A DNA stretch of 64,000 nucleotides from Azolla caroliniana. Lineage: Eukaryota; Plantae; Polypodiophyta. Positions 1-12,211 of this stretch are shown here, in pieces. Every line of letters begins with the position of its first letter. Position 1 is the stretch's first letter. A program made the translations under genes and the position numbers. The stretch lies in the NCBI GenBank assembly GCA_043228905.1, contig JBHGNT010000005.1, forward strand, positions 19,220,001-19,284,000. Reading direction: 5' to 3'. The notes beneath the pieces were generated by a model that worked only from the letters and a program-made list of their open reading frames with translations, did not search any database and was not told where the DNA came from.

Positions 1-1968
1 CGATAGTGCATGCACCTCTCATGCCATCTATCCTATCACATACGCCCCATTCTAACATTAGTGAATATACCTTTCATTTAAGTTTTGTAAATATCAGTGA
101 CCTACCTTCACCTATGTTATGCGTGTGATTGATAGTGTGTGTGTGTGTGTGTGGATTAAATATGAAGTGTATTGGGGTATCAAGTAAACCAAAGGAAATG
201 TTTACACATAAGGCAAATGAGTCATGAGTGACGGTGTTTTCCTCTCATTAAAATCACTTCTATGTTGTTTTTAATTCATTCTTCTTCTTATCATGTGTTC
301 TTAGTAATTGATTATTATCTTTTGAAAATATCAATGCCAATGTATTGGAAATCCAAAAAAATGCCTCTTGGTAAAGATAATTGGAGCCACAACTCTTCGC
401 TTCTTTCTTCTTATTAGAAATAACTTTGTCGATTGTGTTGTACTTCTCATTGAAGAGGCTCTTTATGACTCACTTTGGGTTTGGAGTCTCAACAAACAAC
501 TTTGTTTTTACTTAGATACTATTGTCCATTATTTTTTAGTCAGTCATTTTGTCTTTTTCTAGATACGTAAGAAGAATAACCTATTGCTATTTGTTAATAC
601 AATATCCTAAGTTTGTTCGAAAAGGAGATCCATGATATAGATTATGATGTGATTGGAAAGAACCCATAATATAAAAACTCGAATAGTTGCCATGGACGAT
701 GTGCTAACCATCACTTTAAAGACTTGTTATAATGTAATTATGTATGGATAGTATTGAAACAAATGATTGCTTCCTCTTCTAACTTTGCATACAATAAATC
801 ATGGACCAAAGTAAATGTTCTTATGACATATGTTATTTGAATGTTCTAACTAAAAAGACCCACTTGTCTTATTGCTATTATCATTGTTGTCGTCATCATC
901 AAAAGCAATGAACACTTTTACAAAATCTACTTTTTTTGTAATAGTCTATGTATCAAGGTTTGCCGCATATGCACATTTGGCATTATGTTGTCACTCTATA
1001 GTATAGTTTTTTACGAGTACAAAGAGTCACCCACCTTGAGACGTATCCTCCTCTTAATAGTATAAATGCTTTTCTCCATGAAGTCTAAAGGATAAATACT
1101 TGAATAAAGGCAAATTGATTCCTCAATATGGATAAAGCAAGTCAAAACTTAATGGTGATTATAAAACACAATATCAACTTTGCTACAATAACGTTTTCAT
1201 CCAAACATATATTTATTGATCGTGCATAGATTCACACATTGACATTTGCTACTTGAGTCAAAATTGTACACGTAATAATGATTCTAATGATTTATTGTTT
1301 TCTTGCCGAAATCACTCATTTGGTCACCTAATATGTTATAGTATACACTATGGAGTAAAACTCAAGATTAAGAACAGGTCGGGTCTCATGGAACCATAGG
1401 TACACTTCAATCCAATTACACGAAGCATCCCAACAAAATTTGGAGATTATATGGTTTCGTGAAGATTCTATCTCCAAAATGATATATGTAGATAATATGT
1501 TATTTTGTAGAAATATGGTTCATACCCACCATGTTCATGGTGATATTTACCAATAATGCTTGAATAAATTGGATGCTTAGAATCTGTTATGGTTCAACAC
1601 TTATTGCTCTTCTAACAACAAAGTTTGAGATTGGTGAATTAGCTATTACAAGAGTGACATCATTATTCAAACATAGATATTAACATCCTCACAACTCTAA
1701 CATTGAGATGGAAAAGAACGCTTGAAGTTTGAATTTATCATATGGCAAAGCTTTGGTTGGTAGCTATGCCAATTTTATTTTAGTGTCTTGCTTAGACTTG
1801 CTCTTCAAGGCCATGTGAATTGTTAGGTGTGAACAGGCACCAATAATCAATCCTCATAATGAATGGGTAATGAAAAAGCAACACATTGAATATGATAGAT
1901 GGGTTAAAATTTTGGAGCTTTGGCACTCCACTAACATATGTGTATTTTGTTTTCATTGTCTACTTTGT

Positions 1969-2637
1969 TGTTAGCATTAGGTAATTAAGCAAGGGTTAAT
2001 TAGTACCTAATTATGTGATTAAGTTAAGCAGAAGGTTAAGTGATATGTGTGTGAGAGGAAGAGAGAGAAAGTTGACACTTATGAACAACACAAGATGGGG
2101 GATGATTAACTCTATATTAAATTAGTATCATCAAATACAAAAATACCTACAATGAGGTATGTATAGATCTCATGTGCAAGGGTGCACATGTGTGAGGAGA
2201 ATATAGGTACAACGGTGTAAGTCCTATATTAAATGTACTTAGGAGTGGAGGATCTAGAATATCCCACTTAAGTACAAGGTCCTATTTAAGGTGTTATAGT
2301 CAACACTTCTTAAACTAGATTCTATCTAAGTAAGTCTCGTGTAAGTCCTATATTAAATGTACTTAGGAGTGGAGGATCTAGAATATCCCACTTAATTACA
2401 AGGTCCTATTTAAGGTGTTATTGTCAACACTTCTTAAACTAGATTCTATCTAAGTAAGTCCCGTGTAAGTCCTATATTAAATGTACTTAGGAGTGGAGGA
2501 TCTAGAATATCCCACTTAAGTACAAGGTCCTATTTAAGGCGTTATAGTGAACACTTCTAACTAGATTCTATCTAAGTAACTACAAAGTTTCGTGGTTGAC
2601 TAACTAACTAACTTTAGTTGAGCTTGATCTCTCAACA
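1969..2637 (-). repeat. 3' LTR of Copia-1 (TG...CA, 669 bp)
   Basis: Reads tgttag...ctcaaca on plus. A purine tract (TTGAGGAGGCG on minus) abuts it at 2638-2648. Homologous to solo LTRs at 43306 and 49048. Confidence 0.85.
2217..2580. repeat. Three tandem 124-bp units inside the Copia-1 LTR
   Basis: gtaagtcctatattaaatgtacttagg starts at 2217, 2341 and 2465. Confidence 0.95.
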
Positions 2638-2707
2638 CGCCTCCTCAAGCTCAAGTGTGAGGCGTTCAACATCCGATTTTGCTTTCAGTGTTGTCCGGCT
2701 TTCAATG

Positions 2708-5453
2708 TCAGCTTCTCTGTGGCTTTCTTCGTCGGTATTTTCGTGGCAGTTTCGGTTCCTCCCCCTTAAGCCTATGACGAAGGCTTGGGTCGACTGCTTT
2801 CACCCATCGTGGGTCACGAGCCACTTTTGTAGAGTTCTCAGGCTCTTGTTCGGCCGCTACCTTCATCATGAAGGCATAATGATGGGCCATATACTCGTTG
2901 TAGCCGAGCCGAGTGACGAGATTCTTCTCTCTAGAAGAGCGTCGAAGTTTTTCGCTCGCCGATGTGAGCGCCTTCTTTACTCCAGGTGTCTGCATTATGG
3001 GTACACCAAACTCATTGTCTAATGAGGGTTTTGACACATCTGAATCACTGTCGTCGGGGTGATCGACTTCGTATTCGGGCATCTTACCTTTGCCTTTGTC
3101 CAAGGTCGTACTTGGCCGCAACGTGCTTGGAATGCTTGAAGGCTCGTGTGGTCCACTTAGCTCGATAGAGCTTGGACGGTCCTTTGGTGAAGGACTTGGC
3201 CGAATATCATCCTCCAAGTTGATGTTCAACTCTTCCTCGGTGGAGCCAAATCGGGCTTATACCATGATGCTGTTTCGTTGTAGACTACGTCTCGACTCAC
3301 CCCAACCACTTGGGTCGAAGGGTTATAACATTTGTATGCCTTCTTCTCGGACGAGGATACATTTTTGTTGGCTTTCGTTCGAGATGCATACATTCACAAT
3401 GCTTCCGAACACCTTGAGGCGCAACAGGATCGGCTTCCTTCGGACAAGGAGCTCGTATGGAGTTAGCTCATGCACTCCATTGGTGGTGCACCGGTTCATG
3501 AGATAGACGACTGTGGATGCTGCATTGGCCCAATAGAAGTTTGACATGTGCTTCTCATGCATCACGGCGCGTGCTACCTCGAGTATTTGCCGATTCTTCC
3601 TTTCGGCTACTCCATTTTGTTGGGGTGTGTGTCAACATGAGAATCTCTCCGAATGCCTTCACATTGGAGATAGGAAGTGAATTCATCGGAGAAGTACTCC
3701 TTGCCTCCATTCGATCGTAGCCATCGAATGTGCCGACCACTTTCTTTTTCCACTTGGCCCTTGAGCTTTTGGGAGTGGGAGAGCACTTTGCTCTTCTTCT
3801 TCATCGGGAAGATCCACGTATAGCGCGAGTAGTCATCAGCGAAGGTGACGTAGTATCGACATCCGCCGATCGTCGGCGTTTGAGCCGGTCCTCATACATC
3901 CGAGTGTATGACGTTGAGGAGGCGTTTGCTTGCGGAGCTCTCCTTCGAGAATGGGAGTCGATGTTGCTTGCCGAGTTGACACGCTTCGCATACTTGGTCA
4001 ACTCGTTTCGACTCGAATGTCAAAAGTTCGATGACGACTCCCTTTGATTGCATAGCTCGAAGCCGTTGGAGGTTGATGTGGTCAATTCTCTTGTGCCACA
4101 ACTCGATGCTCGTCTCAGTTTTGAGACCTTTGGCATACATGGCCAATTTTACCTCGTTCAAATCGAGGATGAACATTTGGCCGTCTCTCCGTCCCTTAGC
4201 CATGAGTTGACCATCTTTTTCTATGAAGCATCCTTCGTTGTTGAAACGAACTTGCATGCCTTGCTCCACGATTTGGCTGACTGAGACCAAATTCTTTGTT
4301 ATTGTGGGCATGTGCAAGACATTCTTGATGTAATTTTGCTCGCCTTCTTTCCCGAATGGGACATTGCTGATGTGCCGAATGAGATGTGTGGTGTCATCTC
4401 CCGTCTCTATGTAGCCAGGTTGATCCGGCGTTCTTAAGTCATGAACCACTCTTGGTGTGACGTCATATGGTGTGAGTTACTGAAGTCGACAAACCACATG
4501 TCTTCCGAGTTGGAGGTGCTCATGTAGTCGGAGACCGACATAGAATTTGCTTTATGTCTCATTACGAATAGCCCACCATAGTCGTCGTATTCGGAGTTGG
4601 TGGTGTAATTTGTGAGTTGTCGGCTTGTCGAAGCCGACTCGCTTCTCTTTTTCCGACACTCCTCTTCGCAGTGGCCGATTTTGTCACAATAGTTGCAAGT
4701 GATGGGCCACATTTGCCGACCTTGTTCGGCATGGAAGCTCCCCCTTCTTCCGAAGGTTCCTCGATGGCTTCCGTCTTGTTGTCGAAGGTTTCAATTCCCT
4801 TCGTGTGATGGGTCGAATCAGCCTCTTCTACTGCTTTGACCTCGTCCTTGGCCACCATCCGAATTCAAGAAGAACATTTTTCCTTCTGACATCTTGGTCT
4901 TGGTTCAGACGTGGTTCTCTTCGACCAATAGCATTGATTGAAGGTCAAAGAACGAAGGAGGGTTTTCTATTACCAAGATTGGCGTCTGTAATGGGTCGAA
5001 TTGTTGTGTGAGGCCGCCCAAGCATACGTGAACCATCTCGTCTTCGTCGACGATTATGTTGATGGAGCCAAACGAGTCGCAAATGCTCTTTATCTTGGTG
5101 GTGTAGTCCGACACGGATATATCTTCTTGCAGAATATTGTTCAACTCTTGTCGGAGTTGAAGCTTTCGGGTAGTCGTGTTGGTGGCGAACATTTTCTTTA
5201 AGTTCAATCATGCTTCTTTAGGCGTCTTGGCGTCTTGAATGTGGCTAAGCCTGTGGTTGTGGACACATGTTGCCAAGCAATACATGACTCGACTCACCGC
5301 TTGCTCCCATGTTGAGTAGTCAGTGTTCTTTAGGTTGGGTCGATTTTCTTATGCGTCGTTGATGTAGCTCCAATACCCTTGGCCGACAAGGTATTGGTTC
5401 ATCTTATACTCCCAAGATGAATAATTGCTCCGGTCTAGCTTTTCACTAGGGAG
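2708..5453 (-). pseudogene. Copia gag-protease-integrase remnant
   Basis: ORF fragments include RKLQLRQELNNI, CNYCDKIGHCEEEC, WFVDFSNSHHMT, LWHKRIDH...CEACQLGKQ and LRSNGGKEY. Many stops and frameshifts. Confidence 0.9.
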
Positions 5454-5883
5454 CAGTGTTGCCTTTTGACAGCTAACATTGCCTGTCATGAGAATGGTAT
5501 TCCAAAACATTTGCCCGTCGAATGATGGTTTGTCAAAAAAATTGCCCTTCAAAAAGTAAATACATTGAATATTCGTACTAAACAATATATTATACCCTTC
5601 TATCCTTTGCATCTTTCCTAATTTCATATACACAATTCCATTCTAATTCTTCAATGTGTGGCCCATTCAATGAGACTCGCATTAAATCATCTAAATGTCT
5701 ATATTCAATCAATTTCTTTTCATCTCTTTGATGAGATTTTGCTTAGAGAACCCTCTCTCACACGAAACCGTGCTAGATGGAATAACCAAAGTAGTGTGCC
5801 ATAATTTCATCAAAAGAGGTCATATTGTGTGATAAAGGGGTCATATTGTTTTTCATCAAAAGTAGTGTGATAAAGGGGTCATA

Positions 5884-6891
5884 TTGTTTTTCACGGGAAA
5901 GATACCTTTCCTTTGGAGGGTCAAACAATGGTTACGTGGGATTTTACAAGCTGATTGTGTTCAGGATGTTTATGCTGGTCCTCGTGGATTTTATGAGGTT
6001 GTTTTGGTATCACAAGAGTATAAAGAGAAATTACTCAATAAATTGCCAGTTTTTTATGAGAAAAGTTTGGTTCATATTGTTCCGTGGAGACCATTAGTGG
6101 AATATCAAGATATATTAAAGCAAGAGTGTCCCGTATGGGTTGAGGTAGAGTGCACATATTCAGTGGTTTGGCCAATATTACGGTCAGCGATGGAAAAGTT
6201 GGGAAAGATCTTGGTGCCTCCTAGTGCTAATGCTCAAAATCGATATCAGATGTGTATTCTTTGGAATACTGCTATAAAGAGGCCAAGTTGTTTACAGATT
6301 GCATGTTCTGGTATGCCACCTATGTATTTTCGGCTTAAATGGGGTACATTTGCAAGACATTGTTTCCATTGTGGTGTGTTGGGGCATTTTATGGCTGAAT
6401 GTCCTCAAAAAAGAAATAATGTAGTGGAAGTGGTACATGAAGAGCCTATAACTCATGATCAGATTCAAGATTTGACAATTTCAGAGCAAACAAAGGAACC
6501 ACAAATTGTGAATGAGAAGGATGGAAAGACTCTAGAGGATGAAGGACAATGGTCAATAGTTTTTGGAAAGATGAAGAAGTCTAATAAAAATGTTGGGCAT
6601 AATGTATCTATGGAGAAGGTCACACCGACACATCCCATGCGGAATAAACCATGGGCTCGTCAAGAGGACTATCCAAAGAAATTATCTTTTGATAATAAAG
6701 GTAATTTGTATGTTCCTTGGAATAAACGGAAATCGGTGCCTCGTTCACATGAGGAGCCATCAGGGTCTGGAGTTTTGCATTCCCATAGTAATTCATACGC
6801 AATCTTAGGGGATTTATTTCAGGATATGGCAGAAACATTAGCAGTGAAGGAGAAGGAGATTTCTCGAATAAAAGGAAAAAATAAAGTATGA
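5884..6891 (+). CDS. LINE ORF1 (N-terminally truncated), zinc-knuckle protein
   Basis: CFHCGVLGHFMAEC knuckle. The stop overlaps the ORF2 start (ATGA). Confidence 0.85.
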   Translation: MFFTGKIPFLWRVKQWLRGILQADCVQDVYAGPRGFYEVVLVSQEYKEKLLNKLPVFYEKSLVHIVPWRPLVEYQDILKQECPVWVEVECTYSVVWPILRSAMEKLGKILVPPSANAQNRYQMCILWNTAIKRPSCLQIACSGMPPMYFRLKWGTFARHCFHCGVLGHFMAECPQKRNNVVEVVHEEPITHDQIQDLTISEQTKEPQIVNEKDGKTLEDEGQWSIVFGKMKKSNKNVGHNVSMEKVTPTHPMRNKPWARQEDYPKKLSFDNKGNLYVPWNKRKSVPRSHEEPSGSGVLHSHSNSYAILGDLFQDMAETLAVKEKEISRIKGKNKV

Positions 6892-9800
6892 AGATCACCA
6901 CATGGAATGTGAGGGGATTGTGTTCTAGATTTAGAATGCATGAGGTTTGGAGGATTGTGTTAAGTGAGCAATGGGATGTTTTATGTGCAGTAGAGCATAA
7001 AGATCATCAGAATGCTGGTTCAAATAGTTATTCTAAGGGTTATACATTATGTTATGCTGGCAAGGTTCATGGGGATTATTCTGGGATTGTCATGTTTATA
7101 AGAGATAAATTTCACCCAAAAGTAATTGTTTCAGATGAATTTGGAAGATTTATTGTGGTAGAGATATGTTATGAAGGGCAAGCTATTTGGTTAGTTGGTG
7201 TGTATGCATCAAATGTTTCACAAGAACGAAAGTTGTTATGGAGATCTCTAAACTCAGTGCTTCATAATGGTAGACCGGGTTTATTGATGGGAGATTTTAA
7301 TGTTTGTTGTGAGACAGATCAATCAACATCTATCCACTCTATTATGGATGGACCAGAGGCTCAAGAATGGGGAGATTTTGAGACTGAAGTCATGTTAAGG
7401 GATGTATGGAAATGGATCAAGGGAGATGAACCTGGTTATACCTTTCAATCGGCTCAATATAAGGATACTTGGAGTAGGTTGGATCGAACGTATGTAATGC
7501 ATACCGAAGGTTTTTTACCAGAGATTTTGGATATTTTAGTGTCTTATGGGTCAATTATATCAGATCATTTCCCATTAATTTTTGAGTTCAATCACCACTC
7601 AATTAGAGGTTTTCATGAGTTTTTCGGAAAACCACCGTTGATTTTTAATTCATCATTTTTGGATCATGAGGTCTTCCATGCCTATATGTGTCAATTGATT
7701 GATGCATTTGCCTATCGTGTTCAATTTGATGGGTATGAAGCGTGGGAAGTATTTGTTGCAAATGTTCAGAGGTTAACTAGATATTATGGAATTCACCATG
7801 CTTTTAAAAGGAGAAAGAAATTAAGTCTCCTAGTTAATTTGCTTGATAAATGTAACTCATTGTTAACTTATTGGCCAACGGATGTAGAGTTGATGGGATA
7901 TCAAGAGGTATTAATTTCTGCGATGCATGACCTAACGGCAAAAAATTATCAACATGCTAGACTACATCGTCTAAGACAAGAAGTGGATGATGCTAATTGT
8001 CAATCACATAAGTTTTTCCATGACCTTCATGAATCACATGCACGACATAATGTGGTAAGGTTAGAGGAAAATGGTATCATGTGTTCCGATCCTCAAGAAA
8101 TTGTGAAGAAATGCATAGAATATTATACACAATTGTTGGATGTACAAGTGTGTATCGATGATAATGTTAAAAAGGATAGAGATGTATTTTTTAATGGAGT
8201 GAAAAATCATGTATCGCATGATGTGGCACAATCATTAGATGCTAATATTTCAGAGGATGAGGTGGAACATGTCATGTCACATCTTGCTAATGATAAGAGT
8301 CCTGGGTGGGATGGATTAACACATGAACTCTTTAAGAAATATGTGATTAAGTTAAAGGGGCCTTTTACAATTTTATTTCAGAAGGTGTGGACATCAGGGG
8401 AAATGCCTCATTCTTGGAAGATTGGTTTGATCAAGCTTTTGCCGAAGGTGCCTTCTCCATCTTCCTTTGCTCAATGGAGGCCTATTTCATTGATGGGGGG
8501 AATGTACAAGATTTTTGCAAAAGTGATGGCCAATAGGTTGCATAAGGTTTTACCTTCTATTATTCATAATTCTCAATATGGGTTTTTAGCAAAAAGAGAC
8601 ATTTTACATAATATTTTAAATGTTCAAATGGCAATCGACTATGCAAAGGAGTCTAAACAAGAATTAGTGTTGCTACAATTGGATATCAAGAAAGCCTATG
8701 ATAATGTGGATTGGTCATTTATAAATCAATTGATGTCTCATATGGGTTTTGGTGATCGTATGTCTAAGTTGATATACACATTAGGGGAGGATTCGGTTTC
8801 ACATGTGATGTTTAATGGAGGAGTAACCCAACCGATTTCTATTCGGAGGTCAGTTAGACAAGGATGCTCGGTAAGTCCTTTACTATTCACTATTGTGACA
8901 CATCCTATTCTTGTTAAGTTACACAATATGGCTATGGGGGAAGAATTGCTTGGACTAAGGTTGCCATCAGGGAAGCCATGTATTGTTCAAGCTCTCGCAG
9001 ATGACCATATTATGTTTTTGGCACCTAATCGGGAAAATATTAGTAAGACAAGAGATGTGTGGGAATTGTTTTCAAATGCTTCGGGGTTGAGAATTAATAT
9101 ACATAAATTTGTCATCATTTCATGTACAGAACAAGATGTGTTAGGGTTGGGGTGGTCAGGAAGGATAGTACATCGTGGTATGATTTGTCGTCATCTTGGA
9201 TATCCAATTGGGGTGGAAGTTTCTCATGTGAAACTTATTGAGTGGGTATCCAAAAGGTTGGAGGATAAGTTTATGTATTGAAGGTCTCAAATTTGGCCTT
9301 TTCATGTACGACTTAAGGTGGTCCAATCGATTATGGTCTCTATGGTATCTTATTATCTTCCTTTGCTCCCATGGTCAAAGAAAGCTCTTGAAATGTTGTC
9401 ACGCTCGATGCGAATGTTGTTATGGAAAAGAAAAGGGAAAAGTGCCTTGTCATGGTTGGCATGGGATCATGTTTGTACTCCGAAGCGTCTTGGTGGGGCA
9501 TCAATATTGAATCTATATGAGCATATGGTGGCTCGTCGATTTACTTTCATTCGATTCATGTTTGAAGGTGTACAACTTTGGACAGAAATGGTGGCATACT
9601 TTATAGAGAAGAACAGAATAAAGCTTGGAAGCATGAAGGTTGAAGCGAATTGGTGGAATGTAATTAATTCTGACAGGGATGTCAAATGTACAGGGTCTAT
9701 GATAGTTAATCATTTGTTGACATCTTGGCAAAGTATGTTGGATTTTGTGGAATGGCATCCCCCACAAGAAAGGGGATGTGCCAATTCATTACAAATGGAG

Positions 9801-10733
9801 GTTTTGGCAACATTAAGGTTGTTGAGGTGGGAAGGTAAACAAATTCTTAACCTTCAATTTAATTGGATGGCTAGATTGGGTTTGGTAAGAGTTAAGGATG
9901 CTATGTTGGTTTCACAAAGAAGATTAATGGCTTTTCGAACAATAAGATCAACATTTCGTATTCCAAAAGGTTATAACTTTATTTGGGATAAGTTGCAACA
10001 AATACTATCTTTGCATGAGCCAATTCTTGATTTTGATGGACGATCTCAAGAGCTTGATTGGAGGTTTGTTGGAAATAAGAGATTGACTATGATCTCAACG
10101 AATGTTGCTTATCACAAGTTGATTGACAAACATAAGTGGTTGGAAGAAAGGGTTATAAAGATATGGGGTTTTCATAAGCCCATTACTTGGTGGTTTCATG
10201 TGATCAAGGCAGGTTGGTGTTCTCGATTAATGTTACGAGCCAGGGTATTTGTTTGGAGTGTTATGATTGGAGCTTTACCATTGGGGGATGCATTAAAAAT
10301 AATAAACATGACTAAAGGATTGTGTTTCTTTTGTTCGGTAGAATTGGAACATAGTAGGCATCGATTTATTTCCTGCCCGATGGCAAGGATGGTTTGGAGG
10401 TGTATCAGTTTAGTGTGGATGTCTCTAACCGGAGTACGTCTATCTTCCTTCAATTGGGTTTTTGCACATATGAAGAATAATGAACCAATGCCTCATTCTC
10501 AAATTATTTTTGAGTTCTTGAGGTATTGTGGGCTATGGTTCAATTGGAATATGCGGAATGCCTTCATTTTTGATTCACAAGTGGGGGTGAGAAAATATGT
10601 TCTAAAGTTAAAAGGACTTCTTTTGTGGCAATTGACAATGCTCGAGAAGTCACGAAATCTCAACCAGGAAGAGAGAGAACTCTGCAAGGTCACATATCAT
10701 CATATTCGCCATTTGAATTGGTGTGTAGGGTGA
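6888..10733 (+). pseudogene. LINE ORF2: AP endonuclease, reverse transcriptase, C-terminal zinc finger, with one in-frame stop at 9279-9281
   Basis: TWNVRGL, GDFN, SDH, KSPGWDG, WRPISL, LDIKKAYD, RQGC, LADD and CFFC..H...C motifs. ORFs 6888-9281 and 9318-10733 share one frame. Confidence 0.93.
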
Positions 10734-11355
10734 CATTGAGTTTGGTGTCGTAGTTTTCTTTAGATTCCTTGGATAGAAGGGGTTCTATAGTTTGTTGTAA
10801 GTTAGTCATGGTGGTGTTTTTTCTTTCATAATGAAACCCATTATTTACGAAAAAGAAAGAAAGAGAGAGAGAGAGAAAGAAAGAAACAAACCAAAGAGAG
10901 GAATGGGCTGAAAATAGGAGAAACCCTAACTTTATTTTCCTTCTCTTTTATCATATCACATAACATATGTTTTACACATTTACTTTCCTTAAATAAAACT
11001 ATATGCTATGGCCTATGAATTGTAATTTGTAACTACTAATACATGTACTATTGTTTTGGCCTTAGCAAATTTTGACGGTATTAACAAAATTTAAACCTTC
11101 ATTTTTACGTTTTTATAAAATATATGCCCATCAAGATTGACGGTTTCATTTTCAAATTAACCTTCATATACGGTTAAATTTGTCAAAAACGTTCAAAACG
11201 GCCGTCAAAAGGCAACACTGCTAGGGAGCGAGCTACCCATTTGTGTGTTCATGTTGATTGTAGTGTCTTTCGTTTTTGCTTTTCTTCCTTCGGTCACGTA
11301 CACGTGCTACGTAGCGGCACTATGGTAGCCAATAGCCAGATTTTGTCGTCGGCGT

Positions 11356-12140
11356 TGTTGAGATATTTCGCAAGTGCGTGTGGAAACGAGGCGGGACCGC
11401 AGGGGTCTCGAACCAAAGAGCAAGCGAGGGAGGAGAAAGAGAGAGAACCGGCTGCGCAGGACCGGGGATACACAGGGACACGACCCTTCAACACGGAGAA
11501 CGCGAACAGACACCGACACAGACAGATGCGAATGACTAAATACGTATATTAACAAAAATGGCTAACACGACTACAACCCTCGATGGGGCACAGGTTGGTT
11601 ACAACCGAACAGGTCGGCGAACAGATGCCGATGCCTGTTCGCTTCGACGCACAAAGGGGTAGCAGGTCGGAGGTGCTGCCGGAAGCACTCGGGCGTTCCT
11701 CGAAACAGCGCGGGCCTCCTCGGAACCCTGCACAGGAAAGCTATGGAGCTCAAGAAGGAAGGAAACAGAGAGAGAAGCGTCTAGAAACGGTCCGACAGCA
11801 CTTCGTCCTCTCTGCGCGAGATCCCTGCAACAACTCTTTCCTGCTCCTTATATAGGCCGACGAGCAGGCCGTCATGTCAGCTTCATTCCCTGTCCCTTTT
11901 TGACAGGGATCCGCTCCGTTCTTCACGCATCCGCGTAGTTACGCCGCCGACTCGTACAGTTCGCGCGCGCGACCGAAAAGACTGTTCGCGCGGTCTTTGT
12001 CTCCACTCGTGTTAGGGCCCGTTCCTGCCGATTATCCTCCTAATTCGCTTCTATGTACAACTTGGAGCGTGCGCGCGTGAAGAACCGGTTCCCACGCCTT
12101 GGTGCGCCGATTCCGCTTATGGACGGTTTTCTTCACGACA
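11356..12140 (-). repeat. Gypsy-A 3' LTR
   Basis: Direct repeat of 17862-18646. PPT GGTGGGGGCGGA (minus) at 12141-12152. Confidence 0.96.
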
Positions 12141-12211
12141 TCCGCCCCCACCTAACCGCGCATCCTCCGGTATGCGCCAAGAGAGTTGGGACGGAGAAAA
12201 CCGGCCCGTCT

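Larger units (their letters stand above)
5870..10850 (+). mobile_element. L1-clade LINE (LINE-a), 5'-truncated
   Basis: ORF1 and ORF2 present. The 3' end runs into an A/AG-rich tract at 10850-10885. Lacks the 5' part seen in the paralog at about 51400-51984. Confidence 0.92.
5454..11220. mobile_element. Non-autonomous hAT-type DNA transposon containing a LINE
   Basis: 17-bp perfect TIR CAGTGTTGCCTTTTGAC (5454-5470 / 11204-11220). 8-bp TSD CTAGGGAG (5446-5453, 11221-11228). No transposase ORF. Confidence 0.92.

Noticed and set aside
2217-2580. CRISPR-like or satellite arrays here and at 48715-48880
   Set aside because: They are head-to-tail repeats with no unique spacers and lie inside LTRs of a eukaryotic genome.
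5349-5633. 94-aa ORF as the true Copia-1 gag start
   Set aside because: It is chimeric. Its N-terminal part is hAT sequence, and the real start is at 11252.
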